A stretch of 37,228 bases of DNA from Octopus sinensis (taxonomy: Eukaryota), in NCBI RefSeq assembly GCF_006345805.1, contig NW_021832769.1:1-37228 (forward strand), given 5' to 3'. A program made the translations under genes and the position numbers. How positions within the stretch are numbered: position 1 is the stretch's first letter; each line of letters begins with the position of its first letter. Below, one piece after another: positions 16,167-28,861 of this stretch. The notes under the pieces were generated by a model. That model ran no database searches and was not told the origin of the DNA. It saw nothing but the letters and a program-made list of their open reading frames with translations.

Positions 16167-16420
16167 ATTATATTATTATTATTTTATTATTATATATTAT
16201 TATTATCATTGTCATTGTCATTGTCATTGTCATTGTCATTGTCATTATCATTATCATTATCATTATCATTATCATTATCATTATCATCATCATCATCATC
16301 ATATCATCATCATCATCATATCTTTATCTATAATTATCATTCATCATAAACATTATTCATTATAATTATCATTGTCTTATCATTGTCATTGTCATTGTCA
16401 TTGTCATTGTCATTGTCATT

Positions 16421-16455
<35 letters not shown>

Positions 16456-16539
16456 ATCGTCATCATCATCATTATCATTATCATTATCATTATTCATTAT
16501 CATCATCATCATCATATCATATTATCTGATTTTATATTA

Positions 16540-16570
<31 letters not shown>

Positions 16571-17012
16571 CATTATATTATTATCATTATCATTATTATT
16601 ATATTATTATCATTATCATTATTATATTATTTTATTATTATTATTATCATTGTCATTGTCATTGTCATTGTCATTGTCATATCATTATCAATCCTTATCA
16701 TTATCATTATCATTATCATTCATTATCATCATCATCATCATCATCATCATCATTATCATCATCTATCATCATCATATCATATCATCATCATCATTAGCAT
16801 TCATATTATCATTATCATCATCAAAATCATTATCATTATCATTATCATATCATTATCATATCATTTCACATCTCACTATCATTATTATTATATTTTATTA
16901 TTATTATTATTATTATCATTATTCATTATCATTATCATTATCATTATCATTATCATTATCATTTTCATTGTCATTGTCATTGTCATTATCATTATCATTA
17001 TACAATATCATT

Positions 17013-17056
<44 letters not shown>

Positions 17057-17290
17057 TCATTATCATATCATTATCATTATCATAATCATATCATTATCAT
17101 TATTATATCATTCATCATATCTATCATTATCATTATCATTATCATATCATTATTATTATCATATTATATTATTTGTATTATTATTATTTATTATTCTCAT
17201 CTATTATCATTATCATTATCATTATCATATCATTATCATTATCATTTATTATTATTATATTATTATTATTATTAATATATTATTATTATT

Positions 17291-17321
<31 letters not shown>

Positions 17322-17346
17322 CATTTCATTATTCATTATCATTATC

Positions 17347-17387
<41 letters not shown>

Positions 17388-17840
17388 ATTTATTATTATT
17401 ATCATATTATTATCATTATTCATATTATTATTATCATTATTATTATTATTATTATTATCATTATTATTATTATTATCATTATTATTATTATTTTATTATT
17501 ATATTATTATATTATTATTCTCATTATTATTATTATTCTATCATTATATTATTATTATTATTATAGATTATTATTATTTTTATTATCATATCATTATTCT
17601 ATTATTATTATTATTATCATTATCATTATTATCATTATTATTTATCATTATCATTATTATCATTATCATGATCATTCTCTCATCATTATCATTATCATTA
17701 TCATCTCATTATCATTACATATCATTTTCATTGTCATTATCATTATCATTATTATTGTCATTATCATTATCAATCATCATTGTCATTGTCATCGTCATTG
17801 TCATTGTCATTATCATTCTAGTATCATTATCATTATCATT

Positions 17841-17893
<53 letters not shown>

Positions 17894-18049
17894 CATCATC
17901 ATATCATCTCATCATCATATCATCATTACTCATCATATCATTATCATTTCATATCATCATTATCATTATCATTATCATTATTATATCATTATCATTATCA
18001 TTATTATATTATTATTATTATTATCATTATCATATCATTATCGTTATCG

Positions 18050-18095
<46 letters not shown>

Positions 18096-18144
18096 TATCA
18101 TTATTATTACTATTATTATTATTATCATTATTATTATTATTATC

Positions 18145-18206
<62 letters not shown>

Positions 18207-18237
18207 ATTATTATCATTATTATTATTATTATTATTT

Positions 18238-18268
<31 letters not shown>

Positions 18269-18339
18269 CATTATCAATATCATTATTATTATCATTATCA
18301 TATCATTATCATTATCATTATCATTATCATTTATTATTA

Positions 18340-18371
<32 letters not shown>

Positions 18372-18378
18372 GTTATTA

Positions 18379-18410
<32 letters not shown>

Positions 18411-18497
18411 GTTGTTGTTGTTGTTATTGTTGTTGTGGTGGTGTTGTTGTTGTTGTTATTATTATTATATTGTTATTATTATTAGTATTATGTATTA

Positions 18498-18541
<44 letters not shown>

Positions 18542-18692
18542 TTTACACAATTAGTTAAACAGTTACGTGAACAAATATATTAATATATAGATCTAGAAAT
18601 AGAAAGAAACAGGACATGAGGATGTTATCCCTAATCTCAAGATAATAACTTTCCTGGAAATTACATAAAATATAATGAAAATTTTTCGGAAG

Positions 18693-18743
18693 TTACAAAA
18701 TAGCACTAAAGCCACTGCACACATTTCACGAAGAATATTCTGA
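18693..18743 (+). mobile_element. Highly decayed C-terminal stub of an R4/Dong-like RLE retrotransposon
   Basis: CAAAATAGCACTAAAGCCACTGCACACATTTCACGAAGAATA resembles CAGAAAATAGCACTACTGCGTACTGCACACATCCTACGCAAAACA at ~27,470-27,516; it translates ...TAHISRRIF*. Confidence 0.45.
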
Positions 18744-18941
18744 AATTGAAAGAAAACAGAACACATCTTAAAATGGCTTGAAACAAGCATTGCCCATACG
18801 CACAGACGTTTAGCCATGTGCTTTACGTAACTGAACACAGGTACAAACATACCTGATTACGCTTATACATACAAACACACACACACATACATATATGTGC
18901 ATGTGTGCGTGTGTATATGTGTGTCCCATTTTCTTTTTGTA

Positions 18942-18977
18942 GTTTCAGCTCAGAGCTGTGGCCACGCTGGAGCACTG
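18942..18977 (-). mobile_element. Short 3'-terminal fragment of tRNA-derived SINE family 1
   Basis: Reverse complement resembles GGTGCTCCAGCATGGCCACAGTCAAATGACTGAAAC at ~34,927-34,962. Confidence 0.65.
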
Positions 18978-19015
18978 GCGTTTATTTACCATTCGTATTT
19001 TTTTCGTATATTAAC

Positions 19016-19231
19016 TACAGCCATATGACTGCAGCCATGCTGGGGCAGCACCTTAAGGAATTTTTATTTGAAAGAATCGGCCCTGGTACTTTTTATTTCA
19101 AAGCCTGCGACGAATTCTTTCATTTCGTTTTTTTTGTTTGATTATTTTTTGCTAAATTGCTAAGTTACGGAGACGTGTTCCCCCCAACACCGGTTGCCAA
19201 ACGGTGGTAGAGCTACATAGACTCAAAGACA

Positions 19232-19240
<9 letters not shown>
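19016..19240 (-). mobile_element. 3' half of SINE family 1 (degenerate)
   Basis: GCTAAGTTACGGAGACGT...CAACACCGGTTGCCAAACG and ATATGACTGCAGCCATGCTGG are reverse complements of motifs in the fuller copy at 34,589-34,982. Confidence 0.8.
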
Positions 19241-19281
<41 letters not shown>

Positions 19282-19359
19282 CATACACACACATACATCA
19301 ACACACACACATACACATATTCACACACACAGAGAGTACAGACTGAAAAAAGAAAAGCA

Positions 19360-19500
19360 CATGATGATAGCAGTGGTGACGAAGGGGATGATGATGATGA
19401 CGACGATGATGATGATGATGATGATGATAATGATGATGATGACGACGATGATGAGAAAAACGATGACGACGAAGATGACGACAGCAAAGATGATGAACAC
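19360..19500. repeat. Degenerate (GAT/GAC)n microsatellite
   Basis: Seen directly; it produces the poly-D pseudo-ORF 19204..19512. Confidence 0.9.
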
Positions 19501-19654
19501 AATCGGCGATAAGAGTAACATAGCCAAATATGCCGACAGACTTTCAATCGGCAGCTGAAACTAATTTAATTGTTGACGTATAATAACGATTAGCTTAGTT
19601 ACAGACTTGGTGATATGTGCAATATGATACTTCAAAGTTAAGCATGTGTTTATT

Positions 19655-19683
19655 TGTGTGTGTGTGTATATATATATATATAT

Positions 19684-19717
<34 letters not shown>

Positions 19718-19815
19718 CATGTATATATATGTGTATACACATATTTACATACACACACACACATACACACACACACATAACTATATATATGTATATATAT
19801 ATATATGTATATATA

Positions 19816-19846
<31 letters not shown>

Positions 19847-20225
19847 ATTATATATATATATATGTGTATATATATTATATATATATATACATTATATATA
19901 TAATACATATATATATATATTCATATATATATATATATGTACACACACGCACACAAACACAGACACACACACACATGATATATTAAATATGTATATGTGA
20001 ATGTATGTTGATATGTTTTATGCATATATATATATAATGCATATAAATATATGTATGTTTATATGCATATATATGCATACACACACACACACGCACACAC
20101 ACTCATACACACACGCACACACACATATATATAAGTGTATATATTGAAACATGATAAATTCATGTACAGCTATCTATATACAAGTACATTGTGTGTATAT
20201 GTGTGTCCATATATATATATATATT

Positions 20226-20289
<64 letters not shown>

Positions 20290-20898
20290 ATGTAAATATG
20301 TGTATACACATATATATACATGTATATATATGTAAATGTATACATAAATACATGTATATATGTGTATATATAAATATGCATATATAAATACATAATATAT
20401 ATAGCGCTTCTCCCTTTCTCTTTAGCAATCTCTCTCTCTCGCTCCTTCCCCACTCTCTCTCTCTCTCTCTTTCTCTCTCCCTTTTCTCTCGTACATTCGC
20501 CTATTCACTCTGTGCCTAGACAGATATTTTTACAAATTACTTAGTCACATGATCGCTCTCTGCTTTGCTCTCTGTCTCTCTCGTGTATTACCTCACTCCC
20601 TTCTATATTTCATTCTTTCTCTCCGCTCTCTCCTAACACCTCTTTCCTTATCCATCACCATCCACAGTGAAAACATTACGTATCTATTTCCTTTGTGATC
20701 AGTTATCGGAAAATATTGTGTAAAGAACAAAAAATAATAACTGTATATTAAAAAAGATAAATGGAAAATGGTAAAAACAAAAGAAATAACAGCCACAACA
20801 TGAAAAATAAAAATGAAGCCATTGTACTCCTTGGCAAAATAATCTTTAATATAGATGTATACACGCATGAACACATTGGAACATGTTTGTGTAATAGG

Positions 20899-20956
<58 letters not shown>

Positions 20957-21267
20957 TATATATATGTTCATACACACACAAATGCACAAACACACACATA
21001 TATATATACATATATATATATATATATGTACGTATATATATATATATATATATGCATTTTTATACACACACATACTCATATACGTACATATATATGTAGA
21101 GATATGTATATACGTGTCATACACTCGCGTGTATTAGTTGTATATATAGATATAAGCTATGTTATTGTGTATAACATGTATCACTAGAACATACATTTAC
21201 ACATAGGAAAATACATATGCAAACATACTGACACACACACACACACACTCACACACATACACACACA

Positions 21268-21312
<45 letters not shown>

Positions 21313-21449
21313 GTATGTATGTATGTATATGTATATATACATGTGTGTGTCTGCATATATATATGTATGAATATGCGTGTGTGTGTATATATATATATAT
21401 ATGCATATATCTATACATAGATTTATCTCCCCCCATATATGTATATATA

Positions 21450-21494
<45 letters not shown>

Positions 21495-21560
21495 TGTGTG
21501 TGTGTGTGTGTATGTGCTCGCACACTTCCGCATGCGCACACGTATCTATTAATTCACATA
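19655..21560. repeat. Cluster of (TA)n, (CA)n/(TG)n and (TC)n dinucleotide microsatellites
   Basis: Seen directly. Confidence 0.95.
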
Positions 21561-22257
21561 CATAGATAATTATTTTGCTATATGTATACAGACCTTGTGT
21601 ATATACGAGTATTTTAAAATATATTTAAACAGTCTACACGTAGACAATTCAATCGTAATAGTCCATTATTAATTTGGCACCATTATCAAAACCATTAATT
21701 CCTATAATTCTTTTAACCATTGACCTTGGGTTCTGTTTAACCTTTGTCTCTGTTAGTTCCTACCAATTGCTCCATAACCATTCCTTAACAACATTTTATT
21801 ATATTTCCTAATGACAGGAAGAGAGAAAGAGGCGCATAGAGAGCGAAGAAGAGGAACGGATGAGAAACAAGTGAATGTGAGAGAAAAGAGAGAGAGAGAG
21901 ATAGAGAGAGAGTGAGATGTAAAGAGATTGGAAATGATAACAGAGATTGCGTATATATGGCTGAAATTTGATGAAGATCAAGAAATATATAAAGAGAGAG
22001 AGAGCGAGAGAGAGAGTGAGAGGAGAGTATGAGGGAGAACAACGCTTCAAGCAGCGACTTTTGCAGAGAAATCTCCAAGAAATTCACCTACGTAAGTTTC
22101 GTACACGTATATTCAATATCGGTCTGTATATTAACTAGGCCTGGAATTAAAACAGGTGACTCTCTTGGGATATAATCTTGTCAAAAACACACGTGAGATT
22201 AACCGGTGTCTAGGAGCCGGATTTGTAAGTACGTGCGTGTATGTATATACATATGTA

Positions 22258-22336
<79 letters not shown>

Positions 22337-22343
<7 letters not shown>

Positions 22344-22500
22344 TTATAGGAGCGACTCTGGATTTAATTACCCCTTAAAGGTATTAAAATCCTCTAACTT
22401 GATACCTATATATATATATTTATATTTATAGGAGCGACTCTGGATTTAATTACCCCTTAGAGGTATTAAAATCCTCTAACTTGATACCTATATATATATA
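22337..22500. repeat. 82-bp tandem duplication (2 copies, 1 mismatch) embedded in (TA)n
   Basis: TTTATATTTATAGGAGCGACTCTGGATTTAATTACCCCTTA(A/G)AGGTATTAAAATCCTCTAACTTGATACCTATA starts at 22,337 and 22,419. Confidence 0.95.
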
Positions 22501-22501
22501 T

Positions 22502-22545
<44 letters not shown>

Positions 22546-22548
<3 letters not shown>

Positions 22549-22697
22549 TTCAGCAGAAATTTAGATTTAAATGAATATGGTACTTAATTTAGATGCACCA
22601 GAATTTTGTATGGTGTTATTCATAAAAATCCGTGGGGTGATTATAATCAAAATATGCAACAAGAATGACTCCGGTAATTTGGTACGATCGTTTCGTG
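22546..22697 (-). mobile_element. Probable Penelope-like terminal fragment with the 3' half of a hammerhead motif, flanked by (TA)n
   Basis: Minus strand reads CGAAAC-GATC-GTA (plus 22,683-22,695) with a palindromic ACGATCGT stem III. The CUGANGA half is absent, replaced by a TA tract. Confidence 0.45.
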
Positions 22698-22928
22698 TAT
22701 ATATATATATATATATATAATATATATATTATATATAATATGCATATGTATGCATGTATGTATGAATATATGTATTCATTTATTTATATTTGTATATCTA
22801 TCAATCTATGTATCTAACATTCCGTCTTTCTTTATGTATATGTGTGTGTGTGTGTGCGTGTCTACTTGTATGTGTATACGCACGGGCGTGTGTGATTATG
22901 CATAAGTTTTTGAGTCTGTGCCTGTACT

Positions 22929-23005
22929 TCACTGTTTGACAACCGGTGTTGTTGTGCTTACATCCTCGTGAAGTAGCCGTTTGACAAAAATAACTGATTG
23001 AATAT
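22929..23005 (+). mobile_element. Internal fragment of SINE family 1
   Basis: TTTGACAACCGGTGTTGTTGTGCTTACATCCTCGTGAAGTAGCCGTTTGACAAAAA resembles 34,805-34,860. Confidence 0.7.
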
Positions 23006-23159
23006 GACGCAGTCCAATTATTAGAACAATTAGAAGCTAAGCGAGAAAAATATATTCATATATATATTTTTATTTTCCAAAATGAAACAAAGCTAACTGT
23101 AAGATAGAATATGATGTTCATTTATGTCTGCTTCCATTTTAATATCAATGATAATGATA

Positions 23160-23410
23160 ATGTTAATAATAATATCAATGTTGATGATGATGATGGTAGT
23201 GATGATAATGACGATGGCGATGTTGTTTGCGATGTTGTTTGCTGTTGTTTGCTCCAGAGGATGACAATGCTATGATATTGTTATTGTTGTTGTTGATGAT
23301 GATGATGATGATGATGAGGAGGAGGAGGAGGAGAGGAGTGGGGGGTGGAAGAGAGATGAAGGAGGAGGAGGCCGGTGATGATGATGATGATGATGACAAC
23401 GACGATGATG
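23160..23410. repeat. Mixed (GAT)/(GTT)/(GAG) trinucleotide microsatellite
   Basis: Seen directly. Confidence 0.9.
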
Positions 23411-24109
23411 CTTGGAAAAGTTTTCTCCTTTTTTTTAATCACAAAGTTTAGACCCGATCCTCCCTGCGACACCTTGTACACCTCGAAACTTCATTTCTGA
23501 CCATATAAACTACTTGGAATACTATTTTAATAAGTTAAAAGTGATTTCTGTTGTACCGTAAACCATTTACCGTTCTTGAAGTGGTCCACTTTCTTTAATG
23601 CTCTAGGTACGAGCGCATTTTGCTTAGTGATTACTCCAGCGCTGCGACCACCCAAAGATTAGTGAGTAGTGAAAATGGCTGGAGAGAAATGTGCCGGACA
23701 GAAATGAAACAAATATTCCAGCAAAAACAAAAGAAAAAGGAGAGAAAAATATAGAAAGTCGTGGTGAACGAGACTAAAACTTTATAGATCCGAGCTCTTT
23801 GATCAGAACTGACCCGTGTTTAAAGAAGGATAACAATAATAACACCAACAACACCGGCAACAACATCAGCATTCACAACAACATGGTGGTAGACATTCGT
23901 TGCTCTGCCTTCGTCCTATCTCTTTCGTTTTAATGTCTCTTTAAGGAGAGAGGGCCATAGCGATAAGAGACGAATTTATGTTTCACAACTCTGTCTCTTG
24001 TATAACACAGTTTGGCAGTAAAAGGCAAGTAAAACCATTTCATGTTCCTTCTTGTAATATCGCGGAATTTATTTCGAAAACTTAATGTGAGATGTGGACG
24101 AATATCAAG

Positions 24110-24126
24110 CGATATTGTCGTCGTCG

Positions 24127-24165
<39 letters not shown>

Positions 24166-24167
24166 CC

Positions 24168-24203
<36 letters not shown>

Positions 24204-24358
24204 CCGTCATCATCACCATCATCATCATCATCATCATCACCATCATCATCACCATCATCATCATCATCATCATCATCGTCATCATCACCATCATCATCAT
24301 CATCATCATCATCGTCATCATCACCGTCATCATCACCATCATCATCATCATCATCACC

Positions 24359-24390
<32 letters not shown>

Positions 24391-24424
24391 CATCATCGTC
24401 ATCATCACCGTCATCATCACCATC

Positions 24425-24469
<45 letters not shown>

Positions 24470-24492
24470 GTCATCATCACCGTCATCATCAC

Positions 24493-24542
<50 letters not shown>

Positions 24543-24576
24543 CCACCACCATCATCATCATCATCACCACCATCAC

Positions 24577-24610
<34 letters not shown>

Positions 24611-24952
24611 GTCGTCGTCGTCGTCGTCGTCGTCGTCATCATCGTCGTCGTCGTCGTCGCTGTCGCTGTCATTATGGTCGTGAGGGCGATCATCGTTATT
24701 ACGATAATGGTGTCATTAATGATGACCACGTTGATAACGGTGATGATGATATTGGTGATAATGGTAATTATGGTCAGGATGATGGTGTCACAGTGAGGAT
24801 CTGATGATAGTGACGATTCAGCTGCTGCTGCTTCTGCTGCTGCTCTCGATGATAATGACGACAACGACGATGGTGATGATTATGGAATCAAAGATAATGA
24901 CGACGATGACGATGATGATGATTATGATCATGAGGGGAGAAGGACGAAGATG

Positions 24953-24990
<38 letters not shown>

Positions 24991-25135
24991 AGCGATGATA
25001 GCGATGCTGCTGTTAATGATGATAATCAACGTCTCATCATCTACAGCAGCAGCAGCAGTAGAAGCAGCAGCAGCAGAAAGAGAAGCAGCATCTTTAATGT
25101 TTCTGCTCTCGCCATGTCTCCGGTGTTGTTGTTGA
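24110..25135. repeat. (CAT)n/(CAC)/(CGT) array followed by a (GAT)n/(CAG)n array
   Basis: Seen directly. An internal TCACCGTCATC marker recurs at ~24,201, 24,321, 24,405, 24,477. Confidence 0.95.
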
Positions 25136-25357
25136 TGTCGTTGTCGTTGTTGTTGTTGTTGTTATGTTCTTCCTCGCCATCCAAATTTCCCATTCGCGTC
25201 TCTTTAAATACTCATCGCCGATTCTTTATGTTTCTACCAAGAACATTACTTCCAATAATGAGATTATCTTTTTGCAACATCGCACCCTAACACGGTAAAA
25301 TATTGGCAACAGCAACAAAAATAAATTAATACATATGTGTATATCTATGTTTATATC

Positions 25358-25373
25358 CATCCATCCATCCATC

Positions 25374-25453
<80 letters not shown>

Positions 25454-25460
25454 GTCTGTC
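25358..25460. repeat. (TCCA)(TCTA)n(TCTG) tetranucleotide microsatellite
   Basis: Seen directly. Confidence 0.95.
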
Positions 25461-25901
25461 TGTCTGCCTCTCTCTCTCTCTCTCTGTCTATAAATCCATC
25501 TATTTATCTATCTATCTGTGTGTATTTGTGCGCAATTACACAAAAAAATTATTACCTGGCAGTTATCATGTCCAAATGCCTTCTCACTCTCCCTCTCTCT
25601 CTTTCCCTCTCCCTCTCTTTGTCTACCTGTATTTTCCTTCTTTTTCACATCTTCCCATTCTCTGAGGTGATTTCTAGAATGAGATGAAAATCGAATTTAT
25701 ATAGCGATTGAATTAACTCCCCTGTTCACTGCTCATTGTTGTCTCACTTACCAAAAGTCGTGATCTTTAATTGCTAAAGTTTACACCTCTGATATGTAGA
25801 CACACACACACTCACACACACACAAACACACAGGCACACACATACGTATTTACAAACTCACGCACACACCGACTCGCATATAGTCCTATATATATATATC
25901 T

Positions 25902-25946
25902 TATATTTTACCTGTGTCACTTTGATGACATGCACTGCTCTCTCAC
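25902..25946 (+). mobile_element. 3'-terminal stub of TAA-tailed element family B
   Basis: Near-identical to the last ~45 nt of 26,271-26,736, and likewise followed by (TAA)n. Confidence 0.75.
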
Positions 25947-26019
<73 letters not shown>

Positions 26020-26021
26020 TG

Positions 26022-26111
<90 letters not shown>

Positions 26112-26114
<3 letters not shown>

Positions 26115-26267
26115 GGGCACTACTAGGCACTGCACACATCCTACGCAGAACACTTTCCATACAATAACCATCAGAGCATCACAACAAATCACAGCACATA
26201 CCCTAGGCACACAGAGCTGCGCTCGGTAGTGAAGTGAAAGCACGCTATAAAAATAAAACTACTGAAT
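26112..26267 (+). mobile_element. R4/Dong-like RLE retrotransposon family A, extreme 3' stub (last codons plus 3' UTR)
   Basis: Encodes ALLGTAHILRRTLSIQ* (stop 26,165-26,167). The UTR matches 27,531-27,627. Confidence 0.85.
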
Positions 26268-26270
26268 GAT

Positions 26271-26736
26271 AAAAAGATGCGCTACAGCAAATATTCTGCT
26301 CAATACCACAGATTTGCTTGTCAGTTGTTTGACCTTAACCAGTTGAGCATGTCCCTTAGTGGCTGACGATATGTGCATCTCTGATCACGAGCAGAAGTAG
26401 TGGGGGAGCATCAAAGCCATGTGTTGAGAGGGATTGTTTGGGGTTTGAATAGTTCACCTCTGGAAACATGGGTGGTTCTTTCAACATCCTTAAACAACCC
26501 TTATTCAGGGACCGTTTGAGCGGGATGGGCTACTCAACCTGAAGAAAATTCTAACTGGGCCCCACCTGCAAGGTCATGTGCTGTTTATCTTGATATGAGA
26601 TCACCATGTCGCACACATATAGTTATGATGCAAGTGCCTGGTGTACCCTTATCAGACGGGTGGTCATGATGGGTATACTGGGCTTTGTATATTTTACCCC
26701 AGTGTCACTTTGATGGCATGAACTGCTCTCTCACTC
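26271..26736 (+). mobile_element. TAA-tailed interspersed element family B (~465 bp, no clear ORF; probably a 3' UTR or non-autonomous partner)
   Basis: Ends ...CTGCTCTCTCACTC(AAT)n. A shorter 5'-truncated copy with the same end lies at 25,902. Orientation is inferred from the shared tail. Confidence 0.65.
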
Positions 26737-26790
<54 letters not shown>

Positions 26791-27627
26791 CCCCTTTCAT
26801 GGCAAATACTGGGCTAAAGTAAACGCAAAGGAAATAGACAAAGAAAAATCTCAGCAATGGCTGAGCGCAGGACTCAAAGCAGAGACAGAAGGATTTTTAA
26901 TTGCAGCACAAGACAAAAGCCTCCCCACCAGAAATTACCAAAAACATATATTGAAAAGAATCGTAACAAGTAACTGCAGAATATGTGGCGATGGACAAGA
27001 AACAATAAATCATATTATCTCTGGCTGCCCAGTCCTGGCTAAGAAGGAATATATTCACAGACACGACAGAGTTGGGACCTATAACCACTGGAAATAACAA
27101 CAGAAAAAAAGATGGTATGGGCACACACCAGAAAATGTCACAGAAAACGAGAAAGCAACCATACTATGGGATATGCCAATACACAGAAAAAGAAATTAAA
27201 ACCAATAGGCCAGATATAGTTCAGATATAGTCAGGGATCATGAAGAAAAAAATGCTTTCTAATTTATGTATCAAAACCAGCAGATGACAACGTTTCTCTA
27301 AAAGAAATGGAGAAACTCTCAAAATAAAAAGACCTGGAAATAGAGGTAACTCGAATGTTGAGTCTTAAAACAGAAACATTTCCTTTCATAGTGGGCGCAT
27401 TAGGTATGATAAAAATTATTCAGACAAATACATAACATAAATACCAAGACTAACAAATATATATAACATACAGAAAATAGCACTACTGCGTACTGCACAC
27501 ATCCTACGCAAAACACTTTCAATACAGTAACCATAAGAGCATCACAGCAAACCACAGCACATATCCAAGGCACATAGAGCTTGGCTCGGCAGTGCAGTGA
27601 AGCACGTTATAAAAATAAAACTACCGA
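26791..27627 (+). mobile_element. 5'-truncated R4/Dong-like non-LTR retrotransposon family A: CCHC zinc knuckle, restriction-like endonuclease and 3' UTR (pseudogenised)
   Basis: Manual translation: HGKYWAK...GLKAETEGFLIAAQDKSLPTRNY...CRICGDGQETINHIISGC (C-X2-C-X8-H-X4-C, 26,975-27,028)...ILWDMPIH...NRPDIV...DLEIEVTRM...IVGALG...IQKIALLRTAHILRKTLSIQ* (stop 27,528-27,530). Contains in-frame stops, frameshifts and an 11-bp duplication at the PD motif. Flanked by (TAA)n on both sides. Confidence 0.92.
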
Positions 27628-27649
27628 ATAATAATAATAATAATAATAA

Positions 27650-27708
<59 letters not shown>

Positions 27709-27786
27709 TAATAATAATAATAATAATAATATATAATAATAATAAATAATAATAATAATAAATAATAATAATATAATAATAATAAT

Positions 27787-28175
27787 ACACCGCAGAGAGT
27801 GGCAGGGTCGGAGACCTGCAAAATCCTCTGGGATTTCTCAATCCAAACAAATCAGGTGCTAGAGTATAACAGATCGGATTTAGTGGTGGTCAACAAGATG
27901 CACCACATGTGCTATATAGTTGATGTTGCCTGTCCCTTTGACCCAGGAAAAGTGAAGAAGACGAAAAGATAGATACAATCCTCTTAAGAACGAAATAGCC
28001 CGGCTATGAAAAAATAAGAAGGTAAAGATAATGCCAATTATTGGTGGGACTTTGGGAACAGTATCAGAAGGCATCAAGAAGGATATAAAGGAAATTGGAA
28101 TCGAGTACCCAGTAGAACTGTTACAAGTGGTTTGCATCCTTGTCACGGCCGAAATAATCAGGAAAGTATTAAATA
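27787..28175 (+). mobile_element. R4/Dong-like RLE domain fragment, divergent family C (pseudogenised)
   Basis: TPQRV...KILWDFSIQTNQVLEYNRSDLVVVNK...CYIVDVACPFD...LKNEIARL*...MPIIGGTLGTVS...LLQVVCILVTAEIIRKVL; starts immediately after (TAA)n. Confidence 0.88.
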
Positions 28176-28197
28176 ATCAAGTATTAAAAGTATTAAA

Positions 28198-28432
28198 TGC
28201 TCATGGGAACTGCCCACATCCTACGTAAAATACTATGTAATCTCAAATTCTAAAACAAACTCATAATTTTCTTATGCTGTCTTAAACATTCTCTAGAACA
28301 ATACTATGTGCAAAACTAAATATATGACACCCTAGGCATAACCCCAACATGAACTTCTAACATGTTGTCTCTTGAGGTTTCAGTGTGAGACTCGGAGTCA
28401 GCTTGTATAAATACAAAGCAAAAGTCAAACAT
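28198..28432 (+). mobile_element. R4/Dong-like family D 3' end (last codons plus 3' UTR)
   Basis: Encodes LMGTAHILRKIL...*. The UTR ends AAAGCAAAAGTCAAACAT(AAT)n. Confidence 0.8.
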
Positions 28433-28444
28433 AATAATAATAAT

Positions 28445-28494
<50 letters not shown>

Positions 28495-28620
28495 GCAAAA
28501 CCAAATATATGACACCCTAGGCATAACACCAAGATGAACGTCTAAATTGTTGTCTCTTGAGGTCTCTTGGTTAGACTTGGAGCCAATTTGTCCAAATACA
28601 AAGCAAAAGTCAAACATAAA
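28495..28620 (+). mobile_element. Second, shorter family D 3' UTR stub
   Basis: AAATATATGACACCCTAGGCATAAC...AAATACAAAGCAAAAGTCAAACAT matches 28,318-28,432 and is bracketed by (TAA)n. Confidence 0.85.
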
Positions 28621-28674
28621 ATAATAATAATAATAATAATAAATAACAACAGCAACAACAACAATAATAGTTTT

Positions 28675-28858
28675 GGTTTCAAATTTTGGCAGAAGGCTAA
28701 CAACTTTAGGGAATGGGCCAAGTCGATTACATCAAATTATCATATCGACCTGGAAAGAATGAAAGGCAAATTTGACCTCAGTGTGACCTAAACTCAGAAC
28801 GTGGAGACGGACGAAATGCCGCTAAGCATTTTGTCCGGAGTGCTAATGATTCTGCCAG
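28675..28858 (-). mobile_element. tRNA-derived SINE family 2 with an internal deletion
   Basis: Minus strand begins CTGGCAGAATC (A-box-like) ...GCTTAGCGGCATTTCGTCCGTC... and ends AAAATTTGAAACC plus a TTA/TTG tail. Homologous to 31,827-32,002. Confidence 0.85.
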
Positions 28859-28861
28859 TAA

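Noticed and set aside
19204-19512. Acidic D-rich ORF resembling a chaperone or nucleolar tail
   Set aside because: It is made of a SINE-linked (CA)n tract plus a decayed (GAT)n microsatellite, with no splice context.
22089-22118. Minus-strand CGAAAC-TTAC-GTA, a possible third hammerhead remnant
   Set aside because: The CUGANGA box has at least 2 mismatches, stem III is not palindromic and stem I is unconvincing.
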